Shown here in pieces: positions 37,676 to 50,438 of a DNA stretch of 61,238 nucleotides. The stretch is from the NCBI RefSeq assembly GCF_004010195.1, contig NC_057718.1, positions 98,551,184 through 98,612,421 of the forward strand, in the 5' to 3' direction. Made by a program: the position numbers and the translations under genes. Every line of letters begins with the position of its first letter. The first letter of the stretch is position 1. Below the pieces are notes generated by a model, which saw only the letters and a list, made by a program, of their open reading frames with translations, was not told where the DNA came from and did no database searches. Origin of the DNA: Chiloscyllium plagiosum (lineage: Eukaryota).

Positions 37676-38839
37676 CTGTTGAGGGAGGGTGGGAAACAAA
37701 AAGGCCTCTTAATACCCTTTAATCTCTGTATCAATCCAGTCTAATCGGCACCGGGAGCATTAAAGACCCCTCTGAAAGGAACCAAGGACATAGTATCTTT
37801 GAGAAAAGGAATAGCTTTTAGAAAACAAAAGGAACCAGCTTTGTGACACTTCAAACCTCTATGGCTATTTTTAATTTCCAACTGCACTTTGTACCAAAGC
37901 ATTGGGAGCTTTACTCCCTATGAAATATTATGCTGGTGCTAACAATCAAGCACAATAAACCTCAGGCATGAATGTTGCACAACATATCTATTTAGAGTTT
38001 ACGCTCTATTATGCAACAATCATGGATAGCCTAATGAATGTACTGCAAAAACTCATGAATCATTTGTTCACATTTTGAACAAATAGAATATGACATTCCA
38101 CAGGGCTTAAATTGGGATACCACAATCACTGTCTTTCTGATTTTTTAAAATCTCATTGCTTACCAGTACTTTTCCTTGTTCTTAAGCTGGCCAGCTTCTC
38201 TGTGCTTTATGTTGTCTAATAGATTCTGAAGAAAATAGGAAAGGAAAACACTAACAGTCAAGGAGGACACTCATACTAGAATTGGCGGCACCACAAGCAT
38301 TAAGAAGAAAGTTAAACAGTCATTTGTACATTCTTGATTCACACACTTCTATTAAATGTACCTTTCAAACAGTTTATATTCCTCATAAGGCAAACTAACC
38401 GTTAACAATTTTGTTAGGCCTATTCTTAGAATGCCCTCATTTAATCTAAATTATTGGCCCCATTTTCTCCTCTGACCTCAAAAAAGGTATTTTATTTAAT
38501 TTTGAAAAATTACATGCATTATCCATGCAATTGTTGAAGTCAAAGGTCTTCATTTTTCTCACTTATGCTTTAAACACTGGGGCCTTTAATTATACACAAT
38601 AGTATCCAATTTCAAATAACTGATTGAAATCTGGCACACTTCAAAAATCAACAAGCAAGTATGGTAATTCAGTACAGCAATAGTACATTTTCCATAAAAT
38701 TAAAAAATGAGAAACCTAACATCACATTATTTCTTCACTGATGTCCCTAGCTAAACTTTATCAAAATATGCAAATAATTAATTGATAATTTGACCTGTTA
38801 ATCAGAAAAACCCCAAAGCTTGCAGAATAATTACACAAT

Positions 38840-39545
38840 AGAAGGATGTCTTTCAGCCTCTCATGTCAACTCTCCAAATGAGCAAATATCTTCGTGCCAT
38901 TCTCCCACCTTCTCTCCATAATGCTGCACATTCACCATTGTTCAGATAAGAGTCAATTTCCTTTTGAATATTTCAATTGAACCTGACTTCACCACACTTT
39001 CAGGCAGTTCACTCCATTTCACTGGATGAAATAAATCTTCCTCCAGCCACTTTTGCTTCTTTAGCTCAATTTTAAACCTGTGCCTTTTTATCCTGGGGAA
39101 CAGATTCTCCCTATTTACTCTTTCCATGTCTTTCATCAGTTTGAATACCTTCAAGTCTCCCCAAATATTTTTTCCTCAGAGAAAACAGTCCTTACTTCTC
39201 CAATTTATCTTCATAACTGAAATTTATCATCCCTAGAACCATTCCTTTTCTACATTCTTTCCAATGCTTTCACATCTTAGATAAAATGTATACTTAGATT
39301 GGACATAACATTTCAGCCAAGGCTGAACTAGTATCTTGTACAAGTTCAACATCGCCACTTTGCTATAGCATTCGATGCTTCTGTTTACAAAGCCCAGGAC
39401 ATTGTATGTATTATTAGCTGCCCTCTCAATTTATGTTGCCATCTTCACTGAGCTCCGCACATATCCGCTCAGACCATTCCATTCCAGCTGCTTCTTCAGA
39501 ACTGTGCCATTTATTTTATATCAGTTACCCACATTCTTCCTCGAA
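38840..39545 (-). mobile_element. Old CR1 3' fragment
   Basis: KVFKLMKDMERVNRENLFP..W.ELPESVV. Confidence 0.75.
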
Positions 39546-41404
39546 TAGTGAGCCATAAGATGTTGAAACAAGACTTTTGTTTTAGCTTGATATCAAAATT
39601 TGTTTTATGGAGTACAACATGTGCAATAAACATGGTTCAAGTATCTTTGATGCACATGTCAACATGAAGAATTATACTTAACTGAGTTATACTAGGCAGC
39701 AAACTTTACATTGCAATATTTAAAAATATGTATGCTAAATATACCTTCCATCATGCCAAACAATTCGATCATTATCTTCACCCCACTAAACATGAACATG
39801 TTTCCTACAGATAGCAACAATTCTTCAGAATTAATATCTTCCCATTTTTATTGAATTCACATTAAGCCTGACAGTGCATTTGACATTATATATGGCTTAC
39901 ACATAATATATTACAACTTATGTTTGGTTATCACATTTATGATAATAGATAAGGTTCAAGAACACTACACAGAAGAGATAAAAAAGAAAAATTTGATACC
40001 GAGTTGCACAAAGAGATATTCGGAGATGGCCAAAAGCTTGATCAAAAAGGTAGAAATTAAGGAATACATGAGAGGAAAGTAAGGTCAAGAGGTGGGAGGA
40101 TTTAAAGGAAGAAATTGCAGAGCTTTATGCCTACACATCAGAAGACAAGGACATCAATGGTTGAGCAACTAAATTCAAGAGGCTAGAATTACATGAGAAC
40201 AAATACATTGAATGATTAACATGCTGGATAATCTAACAATATTTAAATTTCAATAGATTTTGCTCTTGAAGTCATGTTGAATCATGAGGGGGATATATTA
40301 ATGAGTAATTACTGGCAATTATTATTCAAAATTAACACTTTGCAGCTTACTAAAAAGATGCTGTGATAAAATGCAAGAAGTGATCGTAAAACCAGTAGCA
40401 TAAAGTTGCCAACTGCCTTGGATCAGTTGGCAGCATGCTTTGCATCAGTCCAGACTCTTGAGCACAATCTCAGGTAAACATTCTGTGCAGTACTGAGAAG
40501 CTTCTGCATCGTCATATATGCTACTTTCCAATTACAGTTTAAACAGAGGTCCTGTCTATTCTCTCAGGGAAGCTCCCACTGCAATATTTGCAGAGCAAGG
40601 TTGTCCTCCCCAATACTGACTTCAAGAAACCAGAAATAAATGTGTCAGCATGGGGCCTCAGAGTGCAGCTTAGAGCAGACATTGATATCAAGGCAACAGA
40701 GTGCAGAAGGAGATTTGGGAGAATTCCTAGGTTGTGCAGTTCACTATTATGGGGAGACCAGAATGACTGGGTTTTTCTCCTTTGAGCAAAAAAGGAGAAG
40801 AGGAGATTTAAAGTGTTCAGTATTATGTAGCATTTTGAAAGAATATATATGGGGAAAATGTTTCCTGTAGTAGATGGTCAGTATTGTTGGGATAGAGTTC
40901 ATCTGAACTGTCTTATGTTTCAGCGATCATATCACCAGGGATTAGAGAGGGCTTTAAACGGAATAGAGTGGGGAAGAGAACGTGCAGGAAAACACTGAGT
41001 AAATTAAATGAAAAAGACAATGCAAGAGATCAAGGTAGCAAATAGGATAATGATCAAAGTACAACAGGAAGTATCACAGGCAGTGACTACAATCTTAACA
41101 GCATGCCGGCAGATAGAGCCAGTGTTCACAAAAGCAGCAAACAGTATACCTGATGGTAGAGATAAATCTCCTATGGAACGCTGAATAGTTGTTTTATATT
41201 TTACTTACTGAATGAACTTTTATTGTTCATCTTTTGTTATGATAGATTATGTAATTCACAGTCCTGGATCAGGGCTTCAGATTTGGTACTTTACACCCAT
41301 ATTTCAAACAGAACCAGAATTTCATTACCTCACTTAGAAATGTTCTCTGAACTAACTACCATCCTGCTGAAAAGTTCTTCAAAAACAGGTGTCGGTCTAA
41401 CTAC

Positions 41405-41556
41405 AAGGTCAGGAGTCACATAACGCCAGGTTATAGTCCAATTCTGTCAGTGCTCCAAAAGCTTGTGATTTCAAATAAACCTGTCGAACTATAACCTGAT
41501 GTGTGACTTCTGACCTCGTCTCCCCCCCACCCAGACCAACACCGGCACCTCTACAT
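41405..41556. mobile_element. Short fold-back Penelope remnant
   Basis: gtcacataacgccaggttatagtc / actataacctgatgtgtgac inverted arms around gctccaaaagcttg. Confidence 0.65.
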
Positions 41557-42060
41557 CTGCATCCAGGTCTGGTCGCCCTATTATAGGAAAGATGTGGATG
41601 CTTTGGAGGGGGTTCAGAGGAGGTTTACCAGGATGCTGCCTGGACAGGAGGGCTTATCTTATGACGAGAGGTTGACTGAGCTCGGAGTTTTTTCATTGGA
41701 GAAAAGGAGGAGGAGAGGGGACCTAATTGAGGTATACAAGATAATGAGAGGCATAGATAGAGTCGATAGCCAGAGACTATTTCCCATGGCAGAAATGACT
41801 AACATGAGGGGTCATAGTTTTAAGCTGGTTGGAGGAAAGTATAGAGGGGATGTCAGAGGTGGGTTCTTTACACAGAGTTGAGAGAGCATGGAATGCGTTG
41901 CCAGCAGTTGTGGAAGCAAGGTCATTGGGGACATTTAAGAGACTACTGGACATGCATATGGTCAAGAAATTTGAGGGTGCATACATGAGGATCAGTGGTC
42001 GGCACAACATCGTGGGCTGAAGGGCCTGTTCTGAGCTGTACTGTTCTATGTTCTATGTCC
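41557..42060 (+). mobile_element. CR1 3' fragment with (ttctatg)n tail
   Basis: DALEGVQRRFTRMLPG...RGDLIEVYKIMRGIDRVD. Confidence 0.9.
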
Positions 42061-43138
42061 TAGGTCTAATTATCTATTGAGTCATTGCTCTGGTCACCAC
42101 ACAAGATGGAAAAATACCTGGAACCTGTTTTGAAACTGTCTGATTTGTCTAACCTCCCATGCTCGAAGCTACAACTTCTACTCCAGCCAAGTTATAAACT
42201 GGGAATAAATCCACTCCATCCAAGGATAGTTTTATTACTATTACAATGACTGCTGTTACCACCACCACCTGAATGTCTGAATGTCATGTCAAACTCCAAT
42301 TATATTTTGGACAATAGAACCTGGGTATTCTTTCAATTTGTGTTATTAACACATGGGTTTTATCACATGCTCTGCAAAGAAAACTAAATAATTTTCTAGC
42401 ATAAGAATTTGAGTAGCTCCTGTGACCTTAAATATAGTTAGGGGTTTAGCTGCATCATTTGAAACAAAATTATCTCCCCTTGTGCAATTCTCCTTTACTC
42501 CATTCAACTCTCCAGTACTCATACCAATTTTTAACCTCCAGTTTCTTACTTATAATTTATGTCATAATTTGATCTGTGGTATTTTCATTTTGAGTTCTCT
42601 TTTTGGACTTGTTCTTACAAACCTGAATTAGTCCCATGAGTTTCCTTCACAACTTCCAGCATCCAGAACTAAACTGTCCCACTTTATTACAATGGAAACA
42701 CTGAGGCCTTCCATTTTAAACTCTACCCTCAGAACTTACTCTAATCCGATGGGGAAATCCTGTGGCATTCTCAGCTGTCCTCTCTTTGCCGTGCCTTTCT
42801 GACTCTCCCATCCTGACCTTCTAGAGTTTACAGGGATGATTAAAATGAGGTCTAGTTTTATGAATAAAGTCATAACCAGACAATACTGGTGCTGTCTGTG
42901 TAGCACTTGCAACTCTTTGATCTTCAAAATGGGTTTTTATTATAAAGGTTGAGAGTTTTTAAATTCTTGCCAGATCTCTAAGAACTTCATACAGGAGTTC
43001 AAATCCTAGTGTTTCCATCTACCTGTCAAAGTTATTTTGTTTAACTCTTTCAAATTCAGCATTGCCTCAGAAAACCTATTTCCTTAAGTTTTGAAATTTT
43101 TGTATGCTCCAAAGAATAACTCTAATCTGTTTTTTCAA

Positions 43139-44416
43139 GATTTGGAGATGCCGGTGTTGGACTGGGGTGTCCAAAGTTAAAAATCACAACACCAGGTTAT
43201 AGTCCAACAGGTTTAATTGGAAGCACACTAGCTTTCGGAGCATCGCTCCTTCATCAGGTGGTAGTGGAGGGCTCAATCCTAACAGACTTTAGAGCAAACA
43301 TTTACAGTGTGATGTAACTGAAATTATACATTGAAAATTTGATTGTCTGTTAAGCCTTTCACCTGTTAGAATACCATGGTAGTTTCACTTCTTTCATGTG
43401 TAAATCATAAAACCTTTTTTTAAAAAGTTGCATTCTCAGGTTAGCTGTTAACAGTGGGGATAGCTAGACAATATGTTGAAGGTGTTAGCCCCGTGTTCTC
43501 TGGTGCGCGTGCGCACACAGAGTGTCTTAAGTCCGTGAGGGGGTACATGTGAGAGTGTGGGAGTGTGTGTGTCTGTAAGGGTGTGTGTGCGCGTCTGTGT
43601 GCGTGTGCGTGTAGGAGTATCTGTGTGCACGTATAGTGCAACGGTGGTCACCTGTAATGTGACATGAACCCAACATCCGGTTGAGGCCCTCCTTATGGGT
43701 ACCGAACTTAGCTATCAGCCTCTGCTCGGCCACTTTTCTCTGCTGCCTGTCCCAATGTCCACCTTGGAGGATGGTCACCCGAAGGTCCGAGGTCAAATGT
43801 CCTGGACCACTGAAGTGTTCCCCAACTGGGAGGGAACACTCCTGTCTGTTGATTGTTGTGCATCGACGGATGAATGGGCACCGCACAAACACACACATAC
43901 ACTTTCTCACACTCTCAACCCCCAACCCAGACAGACACACACACTCAGACAAAGACCCACATGCACACATATTTTGTGGTGTGAATTTGTACTTGCAGGG
44001 TTACATTGTACTTTGCTCAAAAACTGCATGCATTCATGTAAAACTCCGTTATCTCACTTTTAAGATTAGAATCAATCTAAACATCATGGCATAGACAGAG
44101 AACATAGGGGGCTAATATTGTCTAGCTATCACCATTGTTAACAGCTAAACCGAGAATGCAACTTTTTAAAAAAGGTTTTGTGACTTACACATGAAAGAAG
44201 TGAAACTACCATGGTATTCTAACAGATGAAAGGCTTAACAGACAATCAAATTTTCAATGTATAATTTCAGTTACATCACACTGTAAATTTTTGCTCTAAC
44301 TTCTGTGTGTTAGGATTGAGCCCTCCACTACCACCTGATGGAGCGATGCTCCGAAAGCTAGTGTGCTTCCAATTAAATCTGTTGGACTATAACCTGGTGT
44401 TGTGTGATTTTTAACT
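43139..44416. mobile_element. Penelope-like element with ~300-bp inverted terminal arms and GIY-YIG C-terminal fragment
   Basis: 43175-43475 is inverted relative to 44115-44416; minus-strand RQECSLPVGEHFSGPGH...AEQRLIAKFGTHKEGLN at ~43660-43860. Confidence 0.9.
43226..43260 (-). ncRNA. Minimal type-I hammerhead ribozyme motif (intact core)
   Basis: CAC CUGAUGA A GGAGC GAU GCUCC GAAA GC UA GUG; the mirror copy at 44332-44363 lacks 3 nt of the core. Confidence 0.85.
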
Positions 44417-45343
44417 CTTTCTTGAAAAAAAGAGTCATAATCCCCAGAAGCCTCCTCAGACATTGAAGGATAAAATTTCCACTCTTTACCTCTCAGCTTG
44501 CGCTACATCTCTTGGTGAATTTTTGCAGTGCATTTTGTAGACAATACATACTGCTGCTACTGAGGGTCTGTGGTGGAGGGAATTGCTTGTGGATGTGGTA
44601 CCAATCAAGCCGGCTGCTTTGTTGTGGACGGCGTCAAGCGGCTTGAATGTTGTTGGAGCTGCATCCATCCAGGCAAACTAGGAATATTCCATCACATTCC
44701 TGACTTCTATGATTTCATTGATGAACTCTGATTCTCTGATCTACTTATCAACATGGATTTTATATTTGTTTAAAAGACGAGAGCAGTCACAGGATCAAAA
44801 AAGGAGTGTGATAACAGATTGGATTTATTAAATGGATGATTTTTGAATCTTTAATTTATTGAGAAAACTTCAGAAGGAAAACAAAAGGGTTACATTTATT
44901 CACTAATGTAAATAGGAAGGTAGCCAAAGTACTGTGTTTCAATTTAGACGATATAGGTATAACTGGAAGATTCTTCCCAGCCCTGGAAAGTCTGTCAATT
45001 GCAAGTCAGGTGGTAACACATAGTAGGAATGCAAAAATCAGATTCTCAATGTTGAGAAAGGGATTTCAATTTTCCACCCAAGATTTTAAAGGTGAGACGA
45101 GAATCATCTTTGAGTGGGAAGAGGCCTACTTGCATATATTAACATCTCATTATTACCTAGTCTCACCCCATGTACAAAATGTTTAGTATGTGCAATTGAA
45201 CAGAAGTACAGCTCCAATCAGCTTCACAAACAAGAATGATAATGATTTACAGCATAAGATAACAACCCTGGGATGTATTTCCAATTCTAATGAGAGGCTG
45301 TTCTTCATTTTGCTTTCAGTGACAGTTTATTCTTTTTAAGTAT

Positions 45344-45545
45344 CATAGAATCAAGAAATCCTTACAGTTGTGAAAGCAGACCATTTAGCCCATCAAATTC
45401 ACATTGACCCACCAAAGAGCATCCCAGCGAGACCTCACCCAACCTTAACCCTGTATTTCCTATTAGTAATCCATCTAGCCTGCACATCCCTGGACACTGA
45501 GCAATTTAGCATGGGCAATCCAGCTAACCTGCACATCTTTGGACT
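45344..45545 (-). mobile_element. HE1-related SINE 3' half
   Basis: gcaatttagcatgggcaatcc..taacctgcacatctttggact matches 9810-9855. Confidence 0.75.
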
Positions 45546-46289
45546 TTTTGTTTTTTTATTGGCCAAAGAGTAGGTAAGGGATTTCGCTCTGGATGTATCC
45601 AGTTGCTACCCATGGAAAAGCTAGTTAGTATTTACAGGTATTCAAAGCTACCATCTAGAACACCAGCAGGACATACAGAAAAAAGTATTCTTCATTTAAA
45701 AACCTTGTGCTTAAGTTGTTGACAAATACTTAATTTTTAACATTTAATTTGTAATTTAGAAGTCTGTATTGGTTCAAAAAATGACTGCAGAAATGTTAAA
45801 ATAGAAGTCCATCATATCCAAAACAAAAATTAATGTTGGGTAACAAGGGGAATTAGAGCAAAAGCAAAGCAAAACATAATCATGTTATATTGCCATCCAT
45901 GTAGAAAATTCTCAATGTCTCATTTTAGTATCAAGTTATTTTGGTATAAAATGCATCAAAAGTATTCCCTTACGTCTGACTACTTTCGAAAATGTTTCAC
46001 TTTTTGGTCTTTGTCATTCTCATATTATATCTTTTCCACTCACATTATACATTTGTTAAACCCCATTTCATCCTGCACAGCACCATGGTCCCACCATTAA
46101 TGTTCCTTTATGCTCTAGTACATTACTAGCATAGGGTGAAACAGATCAAAGTCAATAACAAAACGATTAAGGGGGAATATCAGATACTTCCAAGTTTATT
46201 ATTACTTCATAAACCAAGGAATACAATTCAAAACATTGTTACTTGCCTGCTGAACAATGGAAATGCAATTTCCAAACTGGAGACAAGCA

Positions 46290-46680
46290 TACAGACATCA
46301 GCCTTACTTCGGAGTCAGAAAGTCAGTGCTTCAAGCATACCGCAATATTGGAAATGCCAGTTTCAGATGAAGCATTAAACTGATCTCATCTAGTCTCTCG
46401 TGCAGAGTCAGAAGTTCAGAAGGGGTATACAGATAATAGGAGAGCTTTCTGGGAGTCCCAAATTGGAACCTAGAAGCACGGGTAGGCCTATTTATAGAGA
46501 ATTATATTTACTCCTCAACCAACATTTCAAAAACAGATTACCAACAGTAGATTTCCTTTGTTTTTAAGAAGATTGCAGCTACTTTTCCTACTTTGACTCT
46601 TGACTGCAGTTCAAAAGTATTTTGCTGTGAAATTGTGTGGAAGGTTGTCTGGTTGTGAAAAGCACTATAAAAATACAGTT
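46290..46680 (+). mobile_element. Ancient Deu-domain-like SINE (related relics near 40440, 47385 and 50160-50520)
   Basis: tttcagatgaagcattaaac...atttactcctcaaccaacat resembles the DeuSINE core; L2-like tail. Confidence 0.5.
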
Positions 46681-47935
46681 AATTCTTAACATCTCAGGAA
46701 TCAGATTCAAAACTTGATTCTGAAGCACACTGAAACCAAGAGCCTTGGCAAGAAGGGAGTCAAATATACATTCAATTCTCATTGGACATTATGATTCCAG
46801 TCTGTACAAAGCCACAATTTAAAAGTGCCCAATGAGTCCTGGGCACCTCTTCAACTTAGGACAGAATGTTTTCAATGGTAAGAAAGTAGCAGCTTTGCAG
46901 GTCAAATGTACCACTTTAAAATTAGCCACTCAGACACTGGATTTCTATATTTACCTCAAGGCACTACTGTGGTGCTCCTTTGGCTTTACATCTGTTCAAT
47001 TTGCACTAAAGCTGTTTCAGTGAGAGTTGCACACTATCTATATCATGCAGGAGTGGATCTGTAGCACTGAAAATGTGCAAACTATATGGTTCCATTTGAA
47101 ATAAAATTAGTTTGCATCATCCGGCTTTGCATCATGCTTTCAGATTATTAAAAAAAGTCAGTTTCAGTTCATTCAAAGGTGTCACACCAGATCCTATCCA
47201 TCACCAGGGATCATTTACTGCTGCCATATTAAAAATTTCCCTCTTGCTTCCATACCTAAGCCTCTCTGGCATCAAAACATTTCTGCTTTGTCAGTTCTAA
47301 ACTCAATTCCACCCTGATGTTTCATCATCCACCCTTCGTAAATTTCACCAAAACTTTGTTACTAATATCCTAATCGGGTTATTGGTTCAGTTTCAGAACT
47401 TCCCCCTCTGGACTGGAAAGTCATAAGTTTAATCCCCATTCAAGACATTTAAGACTTCAATGAAGACTGAACAAATGTTGCATTATTGGGCGAGATGGAA
47501 ATCAGAAGTCCAGCCTGCCTGTATGGGTAGCTACAAAAGATCCCACTGCACTAAAAGAAGTCAATGTCACATTTCTTGTTCCACATGTTTCTTTATTCCA
47601 ATTTTAAAATGTCTTAGGATGATTCTTTATGGAAATTCGCCAAAGTACTTCAAAAGAGTACTCATTGTTACTTTATATATCTACATATACAAATTATGAT
47701 TCCTTCTCAAGCTCTTCCCTTGGCTGAGGCATGGTGATCCTCAAGTTACCACCACAAAGTTGTCTCCCTCTAATGCGGGTGCAGCGCTATGATTGGTACA
47801 GATGTGGCAACTTCATTTAACTACAGTCATGTTCAAATGCATCAAAATCTGGACATTATCCAGGCTTGGGCTGATAAATGTCAAGTAAATTCACACCACA
47901 CAAATGGTAAGCAATAACAATTTCCAATAAGAGAC

Positions 47936-48580
47936 TGTAATGTTAACAGAATAAATTGGACTCTCTCTGGACATTAAAGGGTTAAACTGCACTGACTGAA
48001 CATCCTGGAAGTGGTGGGGATGACATTCATGCAGAAATGTGGATGACTCCCACTCCATTTAGACAGTCATTTGCACTACTCCCCTACTAATATCAAGTTA
48101 AACTCTCATTCAGTCTGTTCCATTCAGAAATGCTTTCATAGCCATCCCCCGAATCTAGATATGTCATACCTGCATTGTCCTGGGGAATCACGGAAACAGG
48201 AAATCATCTGCATAACAATTCCTTAGGATTAAGGCATTTAAAGTATCTCAGAGAATGATCTCATCCTACCATTGTACCTGAGGTTACATGTGGTTATGGG
48301 TGTGTGTGTGTATGTACCTATGGGTGATGGCTGGGGGGGGGGGGGGGGGGAGAGAAGAGAGAGGAGTGACCAGAGTATCTGTGAGCTTTACCAATTGACC
48401 TGTATTAAAGGAGACTTTTTTTTTGTTTGGGGCCTCTTTTGACTTGAGTTCACACACCTGCAAGGAGGATCAAAGGGGGTCAACAAGCTTGTACAGGCTT
48501 TAATAATCTTTAACTGTTTGCAGAAGTTGGTGTGTGCGAATTGCATCTAGTGTATGAAACTGCAGGAGAAGAACCTAACA
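47936..48580. mobile_element. Putative solo LTR inserted in a LINE
   Basis: 645 bp, TGT...ACA termini, flanks agac/aggc; the host LINE resumes on both sides (compare 56640-56710). Confidence 0.55.
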
Positions 48581-48664
48581 AGGCCATCTAATCACCTCCC
48601 CCTGACATTCAATGGTGCTGCCATCACTAAATCCCACACAATCAATATCCTGGGGTTGCTGAAC

Positions 48665-50438
48665 TGGCATTGTGGGGTACGTGGACTAACCAATAACAAA
48701 TGACATTTCAGATGAGACAGACAGCCTGTTTGCCCTTTTGGGTGAACAAATTATACTATTCTAAGGGGGAGCATGATTTTGTTCCCAATGTTATGAGCTG
48801 TATTAATCACCAAAAGGCATTGCTTAAAAAAAAAACAGGCCATTATCTCATTGAGGGAATGGTGTAGTAATAATCACCGATGATTTTGATTTACAGATGG
48901 ATTGAGTGAATCAAATTGGCAACATAGCCTGGAAGTCGAGTTCTTGCCAGGTTCTCAGGACACTTTCTTAACATGTAGGTCCAACGAGAGAGCAGACTTT
49001 TATAAATTAGGTCATGGACAATGCAACAGGATTAATTAATACCTTCATACTAGGGGCAATGAGGTCATAACATTGTGTGAAATTCAAACAAAGTTTGGGA
49101 GAGCGAGAAAAGGAGAGCGAGAAAAGGAGAGCGAGAAAAGGAGAGCGAGAAAAGGAGAGCGAGAAAAGGAGAGCGAGAAAAGGAGAGAAGAGTGGACTTA
49201 AGACAAGTGATTTAAACTTGAATGAGGGCAGTTGTGAAAGCATGAAGACAAGTTGGCAAATGAGAAAAGTTAAGGGATAGGAAGTAGAGATTCAGTGGCA
49301 GCCATTCAAGGAGATATTTCTTAACACTCAGCAAGATGCCATATTAAATTTACCATGTAAAATAAGAGCCCATAATGCAAAAGGTACTATTAACATAGCT
49401 AGATGATTGTTTACATTTGGCTAACCAGAGTGCAAGTTTAAATGATTGATTTTTACATTGTCAAAATGTAATGAGCAGTGTCACAGGGATCAGTCTTGTA
49501 TCCTTAATTATTTACTATCTATATTAATGATTTGGATGAAGGGACTGATTGCATGATTGGTAAGTATACTGATGACAGGTTTTTAAAATTAGCTTTTGGG
49601 ATGTGTCCTCGCTGGCTGACCAGCATTTCTTGCTTGTCCCTAGTTGCACTTGAGGCAGCAGTGAGCTGCCTTCCATGTGCTGTAGGTGGATCCTCAATGT
49701 CATTATGGAGGAAATGCCAAGACATTGACCCAGTGACATTGAAGGTATGGTGATATATTTTCAAGTTAGAATGGAAATTAGCTTGGAGGGGAGCTTGCAG
49801 GTTGTGGTGTTCCCATGTATCTGCTGCCTTCTCCTGAGGTTGAAGTGGTCATGGGTTTGGAACTTGTCTCAGAATCTTTGAATTTCTGCAGTGCTGTAGT
49901 TATGAGCAACAGTGTGGAGGGAACATTGGTAGTGGATATGATGCCAGTTAAGGAGCTGCTTTGTCCTGGATAGTGTCAGGATTCTTCAGTGTTGTTGCTG
50001 CTGCACTCCTCCAGGCAAGTGAGGAGTATTGCATCACATACCTGAATTGTGCTTTGTAGATGGTGGACAGACTCTGAGGAGTCAATAGGTGAGTTACTGG
50101 TTACAGTATTCCAAGCCTCTGACTTGCTCTTGTAGTGTCATATCCAGTTGAGTTTCTGAGAACCTGCCAAGAACTTATCTTCCAGGCTATGTTGCCAATC
50201 TGATTCACTCAACAATCAAAATCAGTGATTAATACTACACCATTCACACAATAAGATAATGGCCACTTATCTTTTAAACAGTGCCTTTAAGGTGATCAAT
50301 ACTGCTCACATTAGGAACAAAATCATGCTCCTCCTTAGAATAGCATCATTTGTTCACCCAAATTACTAATCCAAATAGGCTGTCAGTCTCATCTGAAATG
50401 TCAGTTGTGGTAGTGTAGTCCAAGTACTCCACAATGCC
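48665..50438. repeat. ~290-bp inverted duplication (48665-48958 / 50155-50438) bracketing an inverted segment
   Basis: Arms align in reverse complement over their full length, with indels. Confidence 0.85.
49098..49187. repeat. Perfect 14-bp tandem repeat (GGAGAGCGAGAAAA)x6.4
   Basis: Six exact units plus a partial unit. Confidence 0.95.
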
